From positions 6,696,001 through 6,760,000 of the forward strand of contig NW_026889771.1 in the NCBI RefSeq assembly GCF_033153115.1: a stretch of 64,000 bases of DNA, in the 5' to 3' direction. The notes beneath the pieces were generated by a model. That model saw only the letters and a list, made by a program, of their open reading frames with translations, made no database searches and had not been told where the DNA came from. The stretch comes from Saccostrea echinata. Taxonomy: Eukaryota. How positions within the stretch are numbered: the first letter of the stretch is position 1; each line of letters starts with the position of its first letter. Below, piece after piece: positions 1 through 13,533 of this stretch. Both the position numbers and the translations under genes were made by a program.

Positions 1-4
1 ACAT

Positions 5-3000
5 TCACAGAAACAATTTTAAACCATAAAAAAGTACAACCAAGATCAAAATGATTCTAGATTGCATATTTCCTCCTGTCGACGTTAGGAATTTATAACC
101 GTTGATCGTGTTATATAGTTTGACATAGTCCTTTCTGTAATGGTTTCCATTCGTCATATTCCTTATGCTCAGTTGTTTGTATGATTCTGTGTTACTGAGA
201 TAGGGCAACCAGTCTGCTTTGTTGGGACCGTTTGGATTTCTGATGGAAATAATTAATATCACCGAGTAAGTAAACACACAATGAAAGGTTCATAAGAATT
301 ATAACAAAATTATACTTTTTAACTTACATCTCTCCCGTTTTTTATAAGCTTTATAAGAATCATAACGAAAAACATACTTTTCTTTATTTATAACTTACGT
401 CTCGTCTGTTTTTTTTTTTAAAAATAAATACATGTTTGTCTTTTGATATTCGGAAAGTCTAACTTTTTTTGTAGTTTTTATATCAATAAAGGTTATGAGT
501 TTGAATTTACCATTGGTGAAACATTTACGCAAACTACGTTTTGAACACACATAATATATGAGTTTTTTTTATACACTACAGCTCACATATCTTTTGAATA
601 GCTAAAAATTAATGAATTATTATAAAACAAAATATATGTCTTTTCCTTCTGCATATTTTTTCGTTAAAACATGAAGTAAGGATATATTACAGCATTTCAA
701 ATTCATATGAAGAAACCTTATTTCACAGAAATATTTTCTTACCCTGTTTTTGCAAAATTTGTCCAGTATTCAATTAGCTGTAGTGATAATGCCGCCTGCT
801 TCGCAGAGAGAGTAAAATTAGAATTTGCCAACTTTCTAGCATCGAAGAGATATATCAACTCAGTTCCATGTCCCGCCCCATGAAGCCAAGATGGGAACTT
901 TGGATAAAGCGAGTGTTCCCCTTCCGAAAATATGAATTGATATGTTGAGGAGGATTTGCTTGAGGCATGAGCTTGTAACATGTTTATAGTTGGCAAAAGA
1001 AACGGAAAATCCGTCAAATAATGTGCAACATTCAAAGATTGAGTAGTTTTGTCTTTACTGGTATATTCTTGACATATTAGATCAGAAATTGTTGAACTAT
1101 TTTCATAGTAAGTTTGAACAAATCCTGATATCAACGCATCACAAAGAAATCGTTTTGGAATTCCATCTGACATATTGAAATTAAATTCTCTTTCGAAAGG
1201 TTTACCTGTGATAAAAACATACGCTCCCTCCATATCACAGGTACCCGCTATCAAGTCAATTGATTCAAAGAACTGAAATTCTTCCGAAGATTTATCTCTA
1301 ATCAATTCCATAGGTGTTCTTTGAAGTAAGTCACCATCTAGTACTGGGGTAAATACAAGTTCATAAAAGACGTCAATGCCAAGCGTTGCAGAATATTCAT
1401 CAGTTTTGTTGACAATGATACCAGCGTCCAAATTTCGCAAACATCGTAAGAACATCGATTGGTCTTGATCATTACAACGAGAGTTCTTTCCTATCAGGCG
1501 TCCAACATTTGATGATCTTTTCATAGCAATTAATGAATTTGCTGTGCCACTTTCAATGATTGCACGATGGAAAAGACCCTTATTACGGGGTATAAGCATT
1601 TGAAAATTGACGGAAAATCCTCCAGCTGATTGACCAAATATTGTAATAGCAGACGGGTCTCCACCATAATCATCTATGTTGTCTTTGATCCATTTCAAAG
1701 CTAATATCTGATCCCACAATCCGACGTTTTCATCAACTCCAGAGTACTGCAAAGATGGAAATCCAAACATACCCAGGCGGTAATTTATTGTCACAACAAT
1801 TACATTACCATGGGAGGCTATCCTAGAACCATCGATTGAAATACCTGATCCAAGCATGTATGCCCCGCCATGAATAAAAACCATAACGCTTCTCCTCAGA
1901 TCTTGAGTAATATTATAAGGAACATATATATTCAACTGGAGACAGTCTTCTGAAAAATAATTATGATATACACTAGCATAGGTGTATGATTGCATGCAAG
2001 CAGGTCCAATTTTAGTCGCATCGAGAGTTCTCTTCCAGGAACCGTATGGCTGCGGTTTGAGAAAACGTTGGCTACCAACTGGTGCTTTACCAAAAGGAAT
2101 TCCTGTGAATCTGAAGATGTCACCCTTTGTTGTAGGAATTACTAAGCCATTAACATTTCCAAGACGCGTAATAACGGTAAAGTTTTGGTACGCGGAGACT
2201 AGGGTAACTGCCATAAGGAATAGGACTATGTATTGCTGTAGAATTAAAAATAAATTAATGATAAAGTCTATTTCAAAACAATTTTTTTCGTCCTCTTATA
2301 ATTGGAGGTTTGGGGCATATAGTTTTTGGAGTGTCTGTCTGTTTGTCTGTGTGACTGCAAAATATTGATCTTTACTACCTTTTTATAAACTTTAACCCTG
2401 GATCTAACATTTGACTGGTTGGTGCTAAGACTTATATTTCACAGGTTTATCCCTTGTAATGAAGATCTTTGGGTTTTAAAACATTTTTTATCTCATGACC
2501 TTGGCCTTGGTGGTTAACTTGCAATTGATTAACTTTGATTCTGTCCATGGCTGCAATACGGGGGTATCAGTGTTTTATAAGCAGATCCTGTAACTACAAA
2601 ATTTAACATAGAATAACAGTATTATAACTAATGTCAAAGACTTGTTACCTTCAATTATATGGCAAGTTTCAGCGCTGTTTTACATATGTGTAACAAAGTT
2701 TTAACCAAAATATAAACTTTGCATATTTTTTAATCCGTAAACTTGAAATAACTCAAGGAACCGCTGTCCAAGTCAAGTAAGATCATTAGCCAACTTACTT
2801 TCAAATATGAGCTGTAACTGCAGATTTCACATTTTCCCAACATCAACTTCGAACTTGTCGAAATATCATTTGTTTAACAGCATAAAATCTGGTCAAAAGC
2901 AAAAAGCAGTTGTGTCGCGTATGAATATTAGCTTCTCCGTGACAAAAACTTAATGAGTGTCCGAAATTAAAATAAATTAATGTCAAATAAAGCAGAATAA

Positions 3001-3351
3001 AGGACTCCATTGCAAATAAAAAAAAATGTACATAGTTTTCTACACCTAAAGAATTGATTTTAAAAAGCGATAAAATGCATTTTCATACTGCCTTAACAAC
3101 AAAAATCAAGCCAATAGTCTAAATTCAATTTCATTATATTTGATACATCATTTGACCAATACGCAATTTCTGATATCTTCGAAATGAAAATGTTCGTATA
3201 AAGATACCTTTACAAATTTGAATGAAAGTTCAGAAAGGTATAAATGCAGACTGTGAATAATATCTGAATTATTTAAGACAAAGAGTTAAGGACAGAATAA
3301 GGTAATTTTTTTGATGTGCAACAACAATAAATTTATACTTACAAATGACAT
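5..3351 (-). CDS. Type-B carboxylesterase, GPI-tail class, copy A1 (3 coding exons, ~578 aa)
   Basis: Exons: 3351-3343 (ATG TCA TTT|gtaagt), 2235-743 (ttctacag acceptor, GG|gtaag donor) and 239-5 (cag acceptor, TGA). They join in frame (1737 nt). Motifs: SEDCL, HGGAY oxyanion loop, NYRLG, GQSAG nucleophile elbow, CDMEG (acid), AGHGTE (His), WTNFAKTG|NPN. Hydrophobic N-terminus and hydrophobic C-terminal tail. Confidence 0.9.
2283..2591 (+). mobile_element. Short Helentron/HINE-like non-autonomous element in intron 1 of copy A1
   Basis: 5' GTCT microsatellite, about one unit of the tgaccttg/ctttcatatttcac repeat, and a 3' end ggggtatcagtgttttataagcagatcctgt similar to the ends at ~20350, ~28925 and ~36640. 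Family assignment is by resemblance only. Confidence 0.55.
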
Positions 3352-4544
3352 TGTTTCGGGTCGGATTTATCTTCAGGAAAGCTTCGTGTACTACGGGTTT
3401 ACAAATTGTTTACCTTTTCTATCGCGATAACATATTGTATATCTCGTGGTTAAAATAAAGATACCACCGCTCCAGAGGTATAAAGTGGCCTTTACAAATT
3501 TAAACATTTTCTCGTTTAAACTTAACATGAAATATACATGTTTGCTTTATGGAATGTATTGCATTTTTCTGGTGTAGGCGTCATTTGTCTCTCAATAGAC
3601 AGAGTGAGATAAGTCAAAATAAGAAACTTCACTGTTGAACTAGTAATAAACCGCTTGTCTATAGTCATTTTTTTAAAAAAAAACTTAATCAGCATAAAAT
3701 TTTTATGAACTGGTAAAATTTTATATTATGATATCGATAAAATCTTTGGAATTATATTTTTTAAATTTTTGTCACTCCGAACGAAGTTGGAGAAATATAT
3801 TGTTAATGGTCCTTGTATAACTTTGTACTCGATTGTTCTTGCAAATGCCTTGGACAATTTTCATAAAAACTTCATATAAATGATAGCTCATTTTTTTGTG
3901 CTTTCAACATTTTGAATTATCAAAATTGTAATCTTAGCCTTAGAAACTCGAAAAAATGAGACGTTCTTAAGTTTGTTATTCTAAAAACTGCTCAACCAGT
4001 CTGTTTGAAAGGTTGAAGGGTTTTCCTTGCATCATGTCGTTGTGCAGAGAATATGACAGAGGTTATAAAAGATTTTTCGTTGTTCTTTCGGGATGAAACA
4101 GCATTACTATCACGTTGCCATTGTATCTTGTAGAGTACTGTGCTGTTGGCACATACATTACATATTATAGCCAGTATGCATGATACTTGAAGCATCTGTA
4201 TGTAAATATCGAAAATGAAAGTGTCAAGTGTTAATAAGTTTTGAGTAATCAAATTGAAAGCATTTCTCTAGAACATCCTGGACTGCTGTTTGAGATATTG
4301 GAACTGTCAGTGAGATACTGGACATCCTTGAGGTTTTATACATCACACTGTAGGCGAGATCAGCTTTATCTTTTGTCGTTTTTTCAGTTTATTATTATTT
4401 TTTTTTTTTTACAGATGCCTGCGATGACAGAATGTGCCAATTTTTTTCAGAGATTACCCAATGGGTGTTACAAGTCTAACATGATGTGCTGGTAACATTA
4501 GCCTTGAAAACAAAAGGGTCATTTCGGTCATAACCCGGAATATA

Positions 4545-5501
4545 CGAGGGGTGATAAAAAAGTTCGCGAGCTATCATTGTAGCTGCATAACCACAATTCA
4601 AATAAGAAAGAAATTTGATATATATTTTGTCATAAACATGATCTATAAACAGCATGTGTTACATAATTTTTTGTTCCATGTTTATGACGTCACAATGTGA
4701 AAATGACGTCATTATGTAATGATTTGTGACAAAAAAGGTTGACTCGGACGGTTCTAGCAAGGAACGGCTGTAAAGTTTTTAATTAAATCTTGGAAAATCT
4801 ATGACAGTAATGTATAATAATTTGTAGAAGGTTTATGAAGACACAGGACTTTAAAAGTTCAATTAGTAATTTGATTGATTGTTTGTGGAGGAAATGAGAT
4901 TATTAAAAAATGATGTTCGTTCTGGTTGCAAAGTGAATGTAAGTTGGGAATGAGATGTGTCCCTAGTGTGAGCAATTTGTAAATAAATATCACCAAGTCT
5001 CAGATTGTAAAAACAAAGTTTACTGAACAATGAATTAATTCTTAATCCCACAAAATTTCAGTTACTTAAGACTGTTAATAGATCAGTTATGATATAGAGA
5101 AAGCGCCCATACTTGATCCACATTGGATGCATGACACACCCACGACAGAAGAGTCTGGATCTGATGGACACCATGCTCATAACGGGAAAAGATATCTTAA
5201 TCCACCCATCCTCTTGCCGAGTTTTTGGCAATTTGTGAAAATGGACTATTCTTATTCTAAAAATAACCTGCAACGTAAGAAATATAAGACCTGGGAAAAT
5301 CTTTGAGCTGTTCTGAATATTACGCTACGGAGAATGTCAAGTGACCGCCTGGTCCACGTGTTTCGTGCATGGACAGAAGACTGGCATATATGCATTAAAA
5401 CCGGAGGGGTCTACTTTAAACAATAATAAACAATGAAACCCAGTTTGATTTCTTTTATGGAAGTAATTCAATTAGTTTGCAAACTTTTTGATTACCCCTC
5501 G
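4545..5501 (+). mobile_element. Internally deleted Tc1/mariner element
   Basis: TIRs ta-cgaggggtgataaaaaagttcgc ... gcaaactttttgattacccctcg. Degenerate mariner transposase N-terminal (AVKF..LGKS, DVRSG) and C-terminal (W..CI..GG.YF) remnants. A homologous copy lies at 38353-39299. Confidence 0.85.
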
Positions 5502-6006
5502 AAATAATTTCGTTTCATAATGATTAATAACTTTTATGAAAATTATGAGATGAACTGCTACATGCATATAAATGTAAGCTATGAATGTGTGGGTAAGATT
5601 CTATGCAGCCAATCTTTCTGAAATTTTAAAAGATTTATATTCTTTGCATAACGGCAAAGTGGCCTCCGCAAACATTAGTATCGGTTGGGGAAGCGTTTTA
5701 CATCGTGATTAAAAAAAAAACGGATTAAATTTAATTTTTATTGTTTGCATTAGGAGAAATTTTAATTATATAATTGTTGTAATTTTATTCAAATTGTGGT
5801 AAAATTAATCTTTTATCTGATTTTCGAATCGTTTATGGTCTGTTTCATTTCACATACTGAATTAGAAGATAAAACTTTACCCTTTTATCTTGTTACGCAA
5901 TGTTGACAGACATTTATACCTCAGAGGAATTACTGATGATATGCCACATACCTAAGTGACCATTCTCTCTTCATTTTTAAAATAAAATAATAGATATTCG
6001 ACGATA

Positions 6007-7640
6007 ATGGGAGTGAGAAATTTGTAATCTTTCTCGTCTGTGCTTTTTTTACCATTGGAGTTTCCTTGTAAATTTATCATTTATCCTTTTATTCTTGTGT
6101 ATTATATTTTAAACATTCTTTTGCACTTTGCAAATTCACTATTATTATTATCATCTTTCTTTTTTTATTTTTACAGAGGACAGTTTTGTGGGTTTAATTT
6201 TACTTTTTTCCTAACTTGGTGCATATTTCTCAAAGTATAGAGGAGACTGGAAGTGATTTTCACGCACTATTACGGCTTGGTGCTATTACAGGAAAACACT
6301 TCAATTGGTATAAAAGTCAAGGAATATTATACAAATATCTAATAAAATATCGGTCATTTAAGATTTGCAAAACCAATACCTTATGGCGCATGGTCCAGAA
6401 CTCTCAATGCTAAACCGTGGTCCTGTCTGTTACCAGGCTGACACAGAGTTATCTAATAATTTCAAATATTCAGACTTTCAGAAGATTGTCTTCAGCTCGA
6501 TATTATATGTTTCAAATATTTTCAATCATGCCAACAAGAAAAGCGTAATAGTTTGGATTAATGATGAAGGGTATATTATGGGAGTAGGAATATCCCACGA
6601 TGGACACATTTTGGCCTTAAATTGTGACGTCATCGTTGTAAACATTCATTATCGCTTTGGGATTTTCGGATTTCTGGCGTCAAAATATTATAGAGCAAAG
6701 GGGAATATGGGATTTCATGCTATTAAAAGGATCCAATCAAAGGGATGTCACAATCTTCAGGGAATCGGCAGGGGGATTCAGTGTTTCACTATTGACCTTG
6801 ATACCTAACAATAGAGAACTATTTCATAGGGTGATCATGGAAAGTGGAGTTTCTAGTTCACAATTTGCTACAGTAGACGCCCCTTTGCCTACAATACAAA
6901 CTGCAGAGAAGGTGGGTTGTGTGTTCAACACATTGTCGTCTAATGTTGCCACCTGTCTGTGATGCCTAATTAGTATAGACCGAATGAAAATAAGTGAATG
7001 CAACTGATGAGTTCATTACTGACTAGGGGCTTCGAGCAATCTCGCGCACGATTTTTGCTCCCATATTTAATGGATAGTTTTCAAGAAGAGAGCACACTTC
7101 TTTTACAAGATAAAAGTTCATCAAAATTTTCTTTCTTCCAATCACTAGATGTAATGATAGGTAACTGAGAACGAAGGCTCTGTAATATGGGGCATTCCCT
7201 TTCTTTTAAGACCTAACCTTCAATATAAAAATTGGTGTTCCACCGGTGGAAATGTGTAAGGTATTTCTACCTAAGTTATTAAATGGAGAGATGAATTCTA
7301 ATGCTTGCTATTGCAAGGATGTGTGACATGTACACCGTAAAAGAGAATGATGTAGCAGAGGAAAGGCGCCAATTCTTATGTCTCATTAGTGACTTTCTTA
7401 GACCGTTCACTTCAACATCGCTTGAACACTCCAACAATGTCCAAGCGTCTTCTGCTTTTCAATATGTATTTTTAATGACCTTTTATTAATGCTTCTAAAT
7501 GCTTCTTTGTGGTATCACGAACAAGAATTAGTTTACTTGTTCTTCTATGAACAGTAATTGTCACATGTAAAACTTCCTGAAGGCGCCGAAATATTAGTAA
7601 ATTAAATATGGTCATATTGGACGAACTTTGCCAAATTAGG
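6007..7640 (+). pseudogene. Frameshifted carboxylesterase pseudogene, PVVG class (psi-B1)
   Basis: Colinear with 23101-24806 (ATG GGA|gtgaga micro-exon, acceptor ending 6176, donor at 7641). Many indels and stops; ORF fragments in different frames (..RESAGGFSV..). No terminal exon found. Confidence 0.9.
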
Positions 7641-9610
7641 GTAAGGGTAATTCTAATTTGGAAATAATATTGCTCTTTCCTTTCTTCCACTCTAGAGTTT
7701 GATTAGCAATTACTCCTTAAGCAGCACCTCTATTAGTAATGTTTTGTTTTAAAATATTCAAACACTAAATTGTCTACAGATATTTCTCTTTGCCCGATCT
7801 AGACAAGGAGTACACGGCATGTGTGGCCGATCGACAGGGTATGCTTACTCCTCCATGGTACCTGATCCCACATCTGATGTTTTTAGAATTTTTTTTGCAT
7901 TCTTGTATTTTCAGATGACTCATTTATATACAGCTAATATATTTTATATTATAAATAGTTATATGTTTTGCAAGAATAAATGTGAGGATATTTTAATTTA
8001 TACGAATAGTTGATATATTGAATACTAAGTGTATTATATTCATTACACCTTTTTGATTTAAAACCTATCCATGAATCACTAAAGTATCATTAGACGACTC
8101 GGGTCAGAAGTAATAAATTATAGTTAATAATTATAGAGCTAAATTAATGAACGATCAATTAAGATTGCTGACATGAACGCAGTTATTATTTCATTTTTTA
8201 TGTTTGCATGGATGAAAAAATTGAAAGCAAAGAAGATACGAAAATATTGCTCCTCTGATTTGCCAATATTCTCAGATTTGATGATATATTTTCATTTCAT
8301 AGCAGTGTTTTTCAGTATTTACTTGTAGGCAGATTTTCTGATGAAATCAAAATTGTACACACTTTTTTCTCTTTCTTTGTAAGAATTAGATACCTAATAG
8401 CCGGAGCATTGTTATTTTTACTACTTGAAACATTTTTTCATCAGTATTTAGGCCTTTCAACTGCCGCTAGGGTTCGATGAAAAGAACGATAACCCGTTAC
8501 CGGAACTTGTTTACAGCGGGTCCGAGGAAGCTAACTGTTTTTAAGCATGTCAAGTTTTAGCATTTCCAAAGTGTTCCTTCACTGTCAGCGGAATCCAGTG
8601 GTTTTAAAATTTAGCTCAAATGTTAAACTTATTTATCATGTAGTTACCGACACTGCACAATAATATATAAGTGAAATTTTTAATAAAAATAGAAAGTGAA
8701 ATCCATCCCCCTTCTTAATTTTGACCTGATTTAATTTTTATACTTGTTGATTCTTCTTCGTGCTTAGTGAAAAGAATAATATAATTTATTGTTGCATTTA
8801 ATTGTAGAAATATATATCTTTATAGATGAAGCACAACAATACACACACAAAAAACATGGCATTATATTTTCTTCTTCATAACAACTGTCGGATAGAGTTA
8901 AAAATCTTGAATATAGTCCATTCCCCATTCATTGATCCCGTTATTCCGGGTATAGAGTGAAGACATTCTCCTTGTTTTGGTCAACCCTTTTGTGTACCAA
9001 AGAATATAATGAACCCTTTTGTGAACATAACAATACCAATTGAAGCAGCCTATATGTCATTCCTATAAACGATAACTCAAAAATCGGCACTTTGTTGGTC
9101 GTTTTTTTTACACTTGGTTACCTGTCCTTAAAACACAACATCTTACAAATCAAATATTAATAATTAATTTTTTTATGATTAAATTAAAGGTATGTATAGT
9201 TTATAATCTTCTTTTGAGAATTTCATGTACCTACAAAACTATCTATCAACTGTTTTTTACCATATGTGCAAATTGAAAAATTAGTTGAAAGGCCTACAGT
9301 ATTGCATACCAAAATGCCAAATCTTGTACTATTTACTAGCTTAAATATGTAAAAATGACAAGATTTCAAATATTTTTTTTTCATATATTTAACAAATATT
9401 GAATAAAAAAGTAAGATTGAGAATCGTTTTACGTCAAATTCTATAAAGACAACTTATTTGTTCAACTAATTAAACCATTAGGGCTGCGAATTCAAAACTG
9501 ATATGTGCAAGGGTATAATATGTAAATATTGACTTTGATTATCAATAACTTAAATGTGATACAAATATGAGCTCATACGAGTTAATAAATCAATCTAATA
9601 TTAATCGTTT

Positions 9611-10940
9611 ATGATTGCTGAAATGAACGCAGTTAATATTATTACATTGTCGGTATGTTTAGTAGTCAATATACAACCTAGCCTTTCCGAAGTATGCTGC
9701 ACCCCAGATCAATGGGTGGCCGATATGTTCCTGGACTATGGAACAGTGTTTATCAACAAAGATCAGGCAGCGGCTCCTAAAGCAGCTTACTCTTATATTA
9801 ATGGGACTGTAAAAACTGCGTATGATTACCTAAATCAAAGGACTTATCTCAAATTGAAAGGAACGCAAGTGTCTCCGCTCATTCCCGGTCCTGTACCCAG
9901 CGACACAACCATTATCAATGACTACAAAATTGTAAGTTATGAAAATTTTCAAGTATTAATGATGCATTTTAATTTAAATCTACACAAATATTTTATTTAT
10001 GTATTACCTTATAAATAAATAGGGTATTCAATACAACATTGATCTAGACGGCAGCTGTCAAAAAAGTACTATAGAGAACATGACAAAACAATGTGTACCA
10101 GGTATAGTAATAATTTCTGTTGTAATTAACTGCTTTTATAATACAAAACGAAAGTCTAAAGATACAATTCTTCTTATATTTGGCAGATGAAGCAAAATTG
10201 GTGAGTACCGGCTCATTGGCTTCTAGTTGGAATAAGGTCCAGAATTACAGGTTTACCACCAATGATGACTTTCCAGCATCAGTTGACGCAACAGTTATCC
10301 AAAATATACCCACGAGTAAGACATTTTTAAACACTTCACTTAAACACTATCTTTCACGTAAATTTACCGGAAGTATGAATGTCACTGTCCATATGTGAAT
10401 AGTTTTTGAATGACTCTAAGCAAGGAATATTTTACACTGCCACTCTTTCATTTTTTTTGCACATGGACTTGATGGTGTCAAAACATTTTGCTGAAATCGC
10501 ATCCTTGCATCTATGTTGCAGTTTCATATTCAATATTTGAAAATATGAACATTTTGTACATAACTTTCAATGCCAAGCATACCTATTTGTTTGAAGTATT
10601 AATAAATATATATTTTTAAAAATAAGAAGCATGCAACCCAGTACGTGCTGTGTATTTTGTGGGGAGCGCAGACAGAGGCTCTGGCACACTGATAAATTTA
10701 GACGTCCTGAATGTAGTACCTAGCATTCTGGACCCGAGTGTATTCAGTCCTCCACCACAGTGCAAAAACGCCAGGTTCACGGGGAAAGTAAGCATCGAGT
10801 CAAAAAGTATACACTGTAATGTTTCTGTTTGAGAATGCGTAAAAATTGTAAGCATTAATGCATTATTTTTCTATTTTCAGGAGGAAAAGGAAAGAAATAC
10901 AGTATTGCAGCGCTTTTTCAGAAGGGGACGGATCATTTAA
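9611..10940 (+). CDS. Ependymin-related protein (EPDR), secreted, 5 coding exons, ~249 aa
   Basis: Exons 9611-9931, 10023-10101, 10187-10315, 10627-10787 and 10881-10940 total 750 nt, in frame, with GT-AG junctions. Signal peptide followed by CCTPDQW, YDY, GSC..K, QCVP, ACNPV and DPSVFSPPPQC, the typical ependymin Cys/Pro pattern. Confidence 0.85.
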
Positions 10941-12601
10941 ATAAAGCTCTATATATTTAGCAGAAGTACTGAATTTGCAGTATTTGTACATACCATGTCT
11001 TTATGTACATAACGATGTTAAGTTTTGAATTCACTGGACTGCAGTGAATATAAAATGTGAAATATGGCAGTTGTAAGTTTTGATTCTACTTCCACCAAGT
11101 AAATTCAGTATTTACACTATAGCTATTCTGTCTAAGGCATTTGACAAATGTAAACATTTGTTCGTAGATGCTACTCTGGACTTTTCTTCCTAAGCAGATT
11201 CCAGATTTCTTCATATTATTAAACGTATTTGATACTCGTACGTAACAAAGGCTTCACTTTTTGATATATATGTAATACAGTAAATAAGGATTTTCCCTAT
11301 ATATGTAGACAAGATTAAATGAATAATGTAGCTGTTTTTCTAGGTTTGTAAGAAAAAGTTGCAGGAAAAAATTAACATTTATTCATACTCCAACAAGAGA
11401 TAATAATAATGTCAATTATTCCTTTATATCAAGTTGAAATGCATGTCATTGTTGACAAATTTTGCATCGAAAAGTTTTCTAAAATTGTTTGGGATTCAAC
11501 TTATAAAATACCTTTCTTTTGGAAAATCACAAGCTTTAAAGCAACATTTAATATTAGTGAACAGTTTGAATCTTAATTCATTATCTGAATGTAAAGGTCA
11601 AAGTGACTATAATCCTCGTTTTTCGAAATTCTTTGTGTAAATTTCTGCGCTACATGTTCTTTTTGCATTAAAAGATTGTGGATTCAATACACATCTGATT
11701 TACAAAAATTTCTGATGCATGGTCGAGGAGATACAATTTGTATTTATCAAGTTTTTTATGTTTATTGAAGAAAGCTCATTAAAATTCTCGAAAATAAAAA
11801 TATGAATGAGGACAAACCATTAAAAGTTTTCAGACAAATTTGACTGAGGATGCAAGTTTGTCCCATTATTGTTCACAATTTCAATATCAACAATTATATG
11901 TGTTCAAGAAAAGTTTAGCAATTTTCTGTTGAAACATTCTAGATAAGTACCGCTTAATATGCCTACACGCGTAAAATTACATACTTAACAATTTATAATC
12001 TCTAATGTGCAGAGATGTTTTTTTTTTTTTGCTTATCGCAGACCTTGCTTACACCGGACTAATGAAAATATGCTTGAAGTAATACAAAATAAGACATATC
12101 AAATGGGCATTTTGGTCTATGTTATTGATCTTAAAAGTGATGTTTTTTAAAATTGAATGCTGAAATTTGTCCTACATCAATAATATACAAAAATTCAGTT
12201 CTCTTGAAAAATTTTACTCTTTATGGTAGCCCTCCTCTTTCTCTATGAATGTTGTATCCAATGATACAATATATGTTTTGTATTATTTAAATCAGTAAGG
12301 CTTCACTGGAGCATTGATAAACGAAAGTATTAGAAATGCGATCTGTCATTTCTTAATTTCTAAATTGGCAATCTATAGGTCTTAACGATGAAATAATGTA
12401 TATTTGCTTAGACGAATTTTCTTTTTTACACATAAAACTCAGCGACTATGCCATGTAATAGCAAATAATGGGCAGAAACACGGAGTCGCATTAAAAAGGT
12501 ACAAAATACTAGGATTCCAAATCAAAGGTTTGAATCTAATGAAAGTTTAAATTAATTTGAATCTACTGAGGTATTTATTTCTATAAGCAAGTACAGGAAC
12601 T

Positions 12602-12819
12602 TCACAGAAACAATTTTAAAGCATACAAAAGTACAATAAATAAAAAATCATTCTAGATTGAACATTTTCCTCCTACTGACGTTGGGAATTTATAACCGTT
12701 GATCGTGTTATATAGTTTGACATAGTCCTTTCTGTAATGGTTTCCATTCGTCATATTCCTTATGCTCAGTTGTTTGTATGATTCTGTGCTACTAAAATAT
12801 GGCAACCAGTCTGTTTTGT
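12602..12819 (-). pseudogene. Orphan terminal exon of a GPI-class carboxylesterase
   Basis: Near-identical to 5-222 but missing the first codons (NPNGP) and the phase-compatible acceptor. No catalytic exon upstream. Confidence 0.85.
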
Positions 12820-13533
12820 AAAAAAATTAGAGCAAAAAGGTAGTGATTAAAAGAGCCATAAGCAAACATACATGCTGTTTTCGGGATGTATGTTGCCGGC
12901 CACCCGAAAATAATTTTTAGTGCTTACGGTGAAATAAATTTCAACGAAATTGTAACTTGAATTCGGAATAAATTCATAAGATATTAATTATAATACATAT
13001 TTGACATGAAGTCATTTAGGCATCGGGACATGTTTGCAGGACACGGAAGATGTTTGATTACTCGCTTTAAAAGATGTAAAATCTTCTTCACTTTTCGAAA
13101 ACAAGTAACTGTTTAGAGGTACTCGGTGTATGTCTAATCAAATTTGTGTATTTAATGACAATTTATTTCAAATTTTCATATGGAAATTAAGTTAATCTAA
13201 AATTTTTATCGAATGGGACATCCTAAAAATCCTTTGTTTCAGTGGTTTTCCATATCTTTTCTCTGAACAGAGGCTCTCAACAAAATGTTAGATCTAAATT
13301 TGATGTTATAGAACAATCCTATGAAATTTCTAAGAGCTGTGAGGAGATTTAAACTATTTCGAGAAAATTAAGGTATCTGTTGAAGGTGTTTCCCTGTTAC
13401 AACGGGACAATGCAGAAAAAGACGTTATTCCCGAATATTATGGCCTGTAAATGAATGAATGCCCTTGAATACCTTTGAATTTATGTTTTTTTTTAAATTA
13501 TATTATTATTGGAGAGAAAAAAAATGTATTTTT

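Noticed and set aside
739-2214. Naming the esterases ACHE, BCHE or neuroligin
   Set aside because: They lack the omega-loop Trp of cholinesterases and keep the catalytic Ser and short tails, unlike neuroligins. Orthology cannot be assigned by eye.
12602-12819. Alternative terminal exon for A2
   Set aside because: The only nearby AG gives a phase-1 junction, incompatible with the phase-2 donor.
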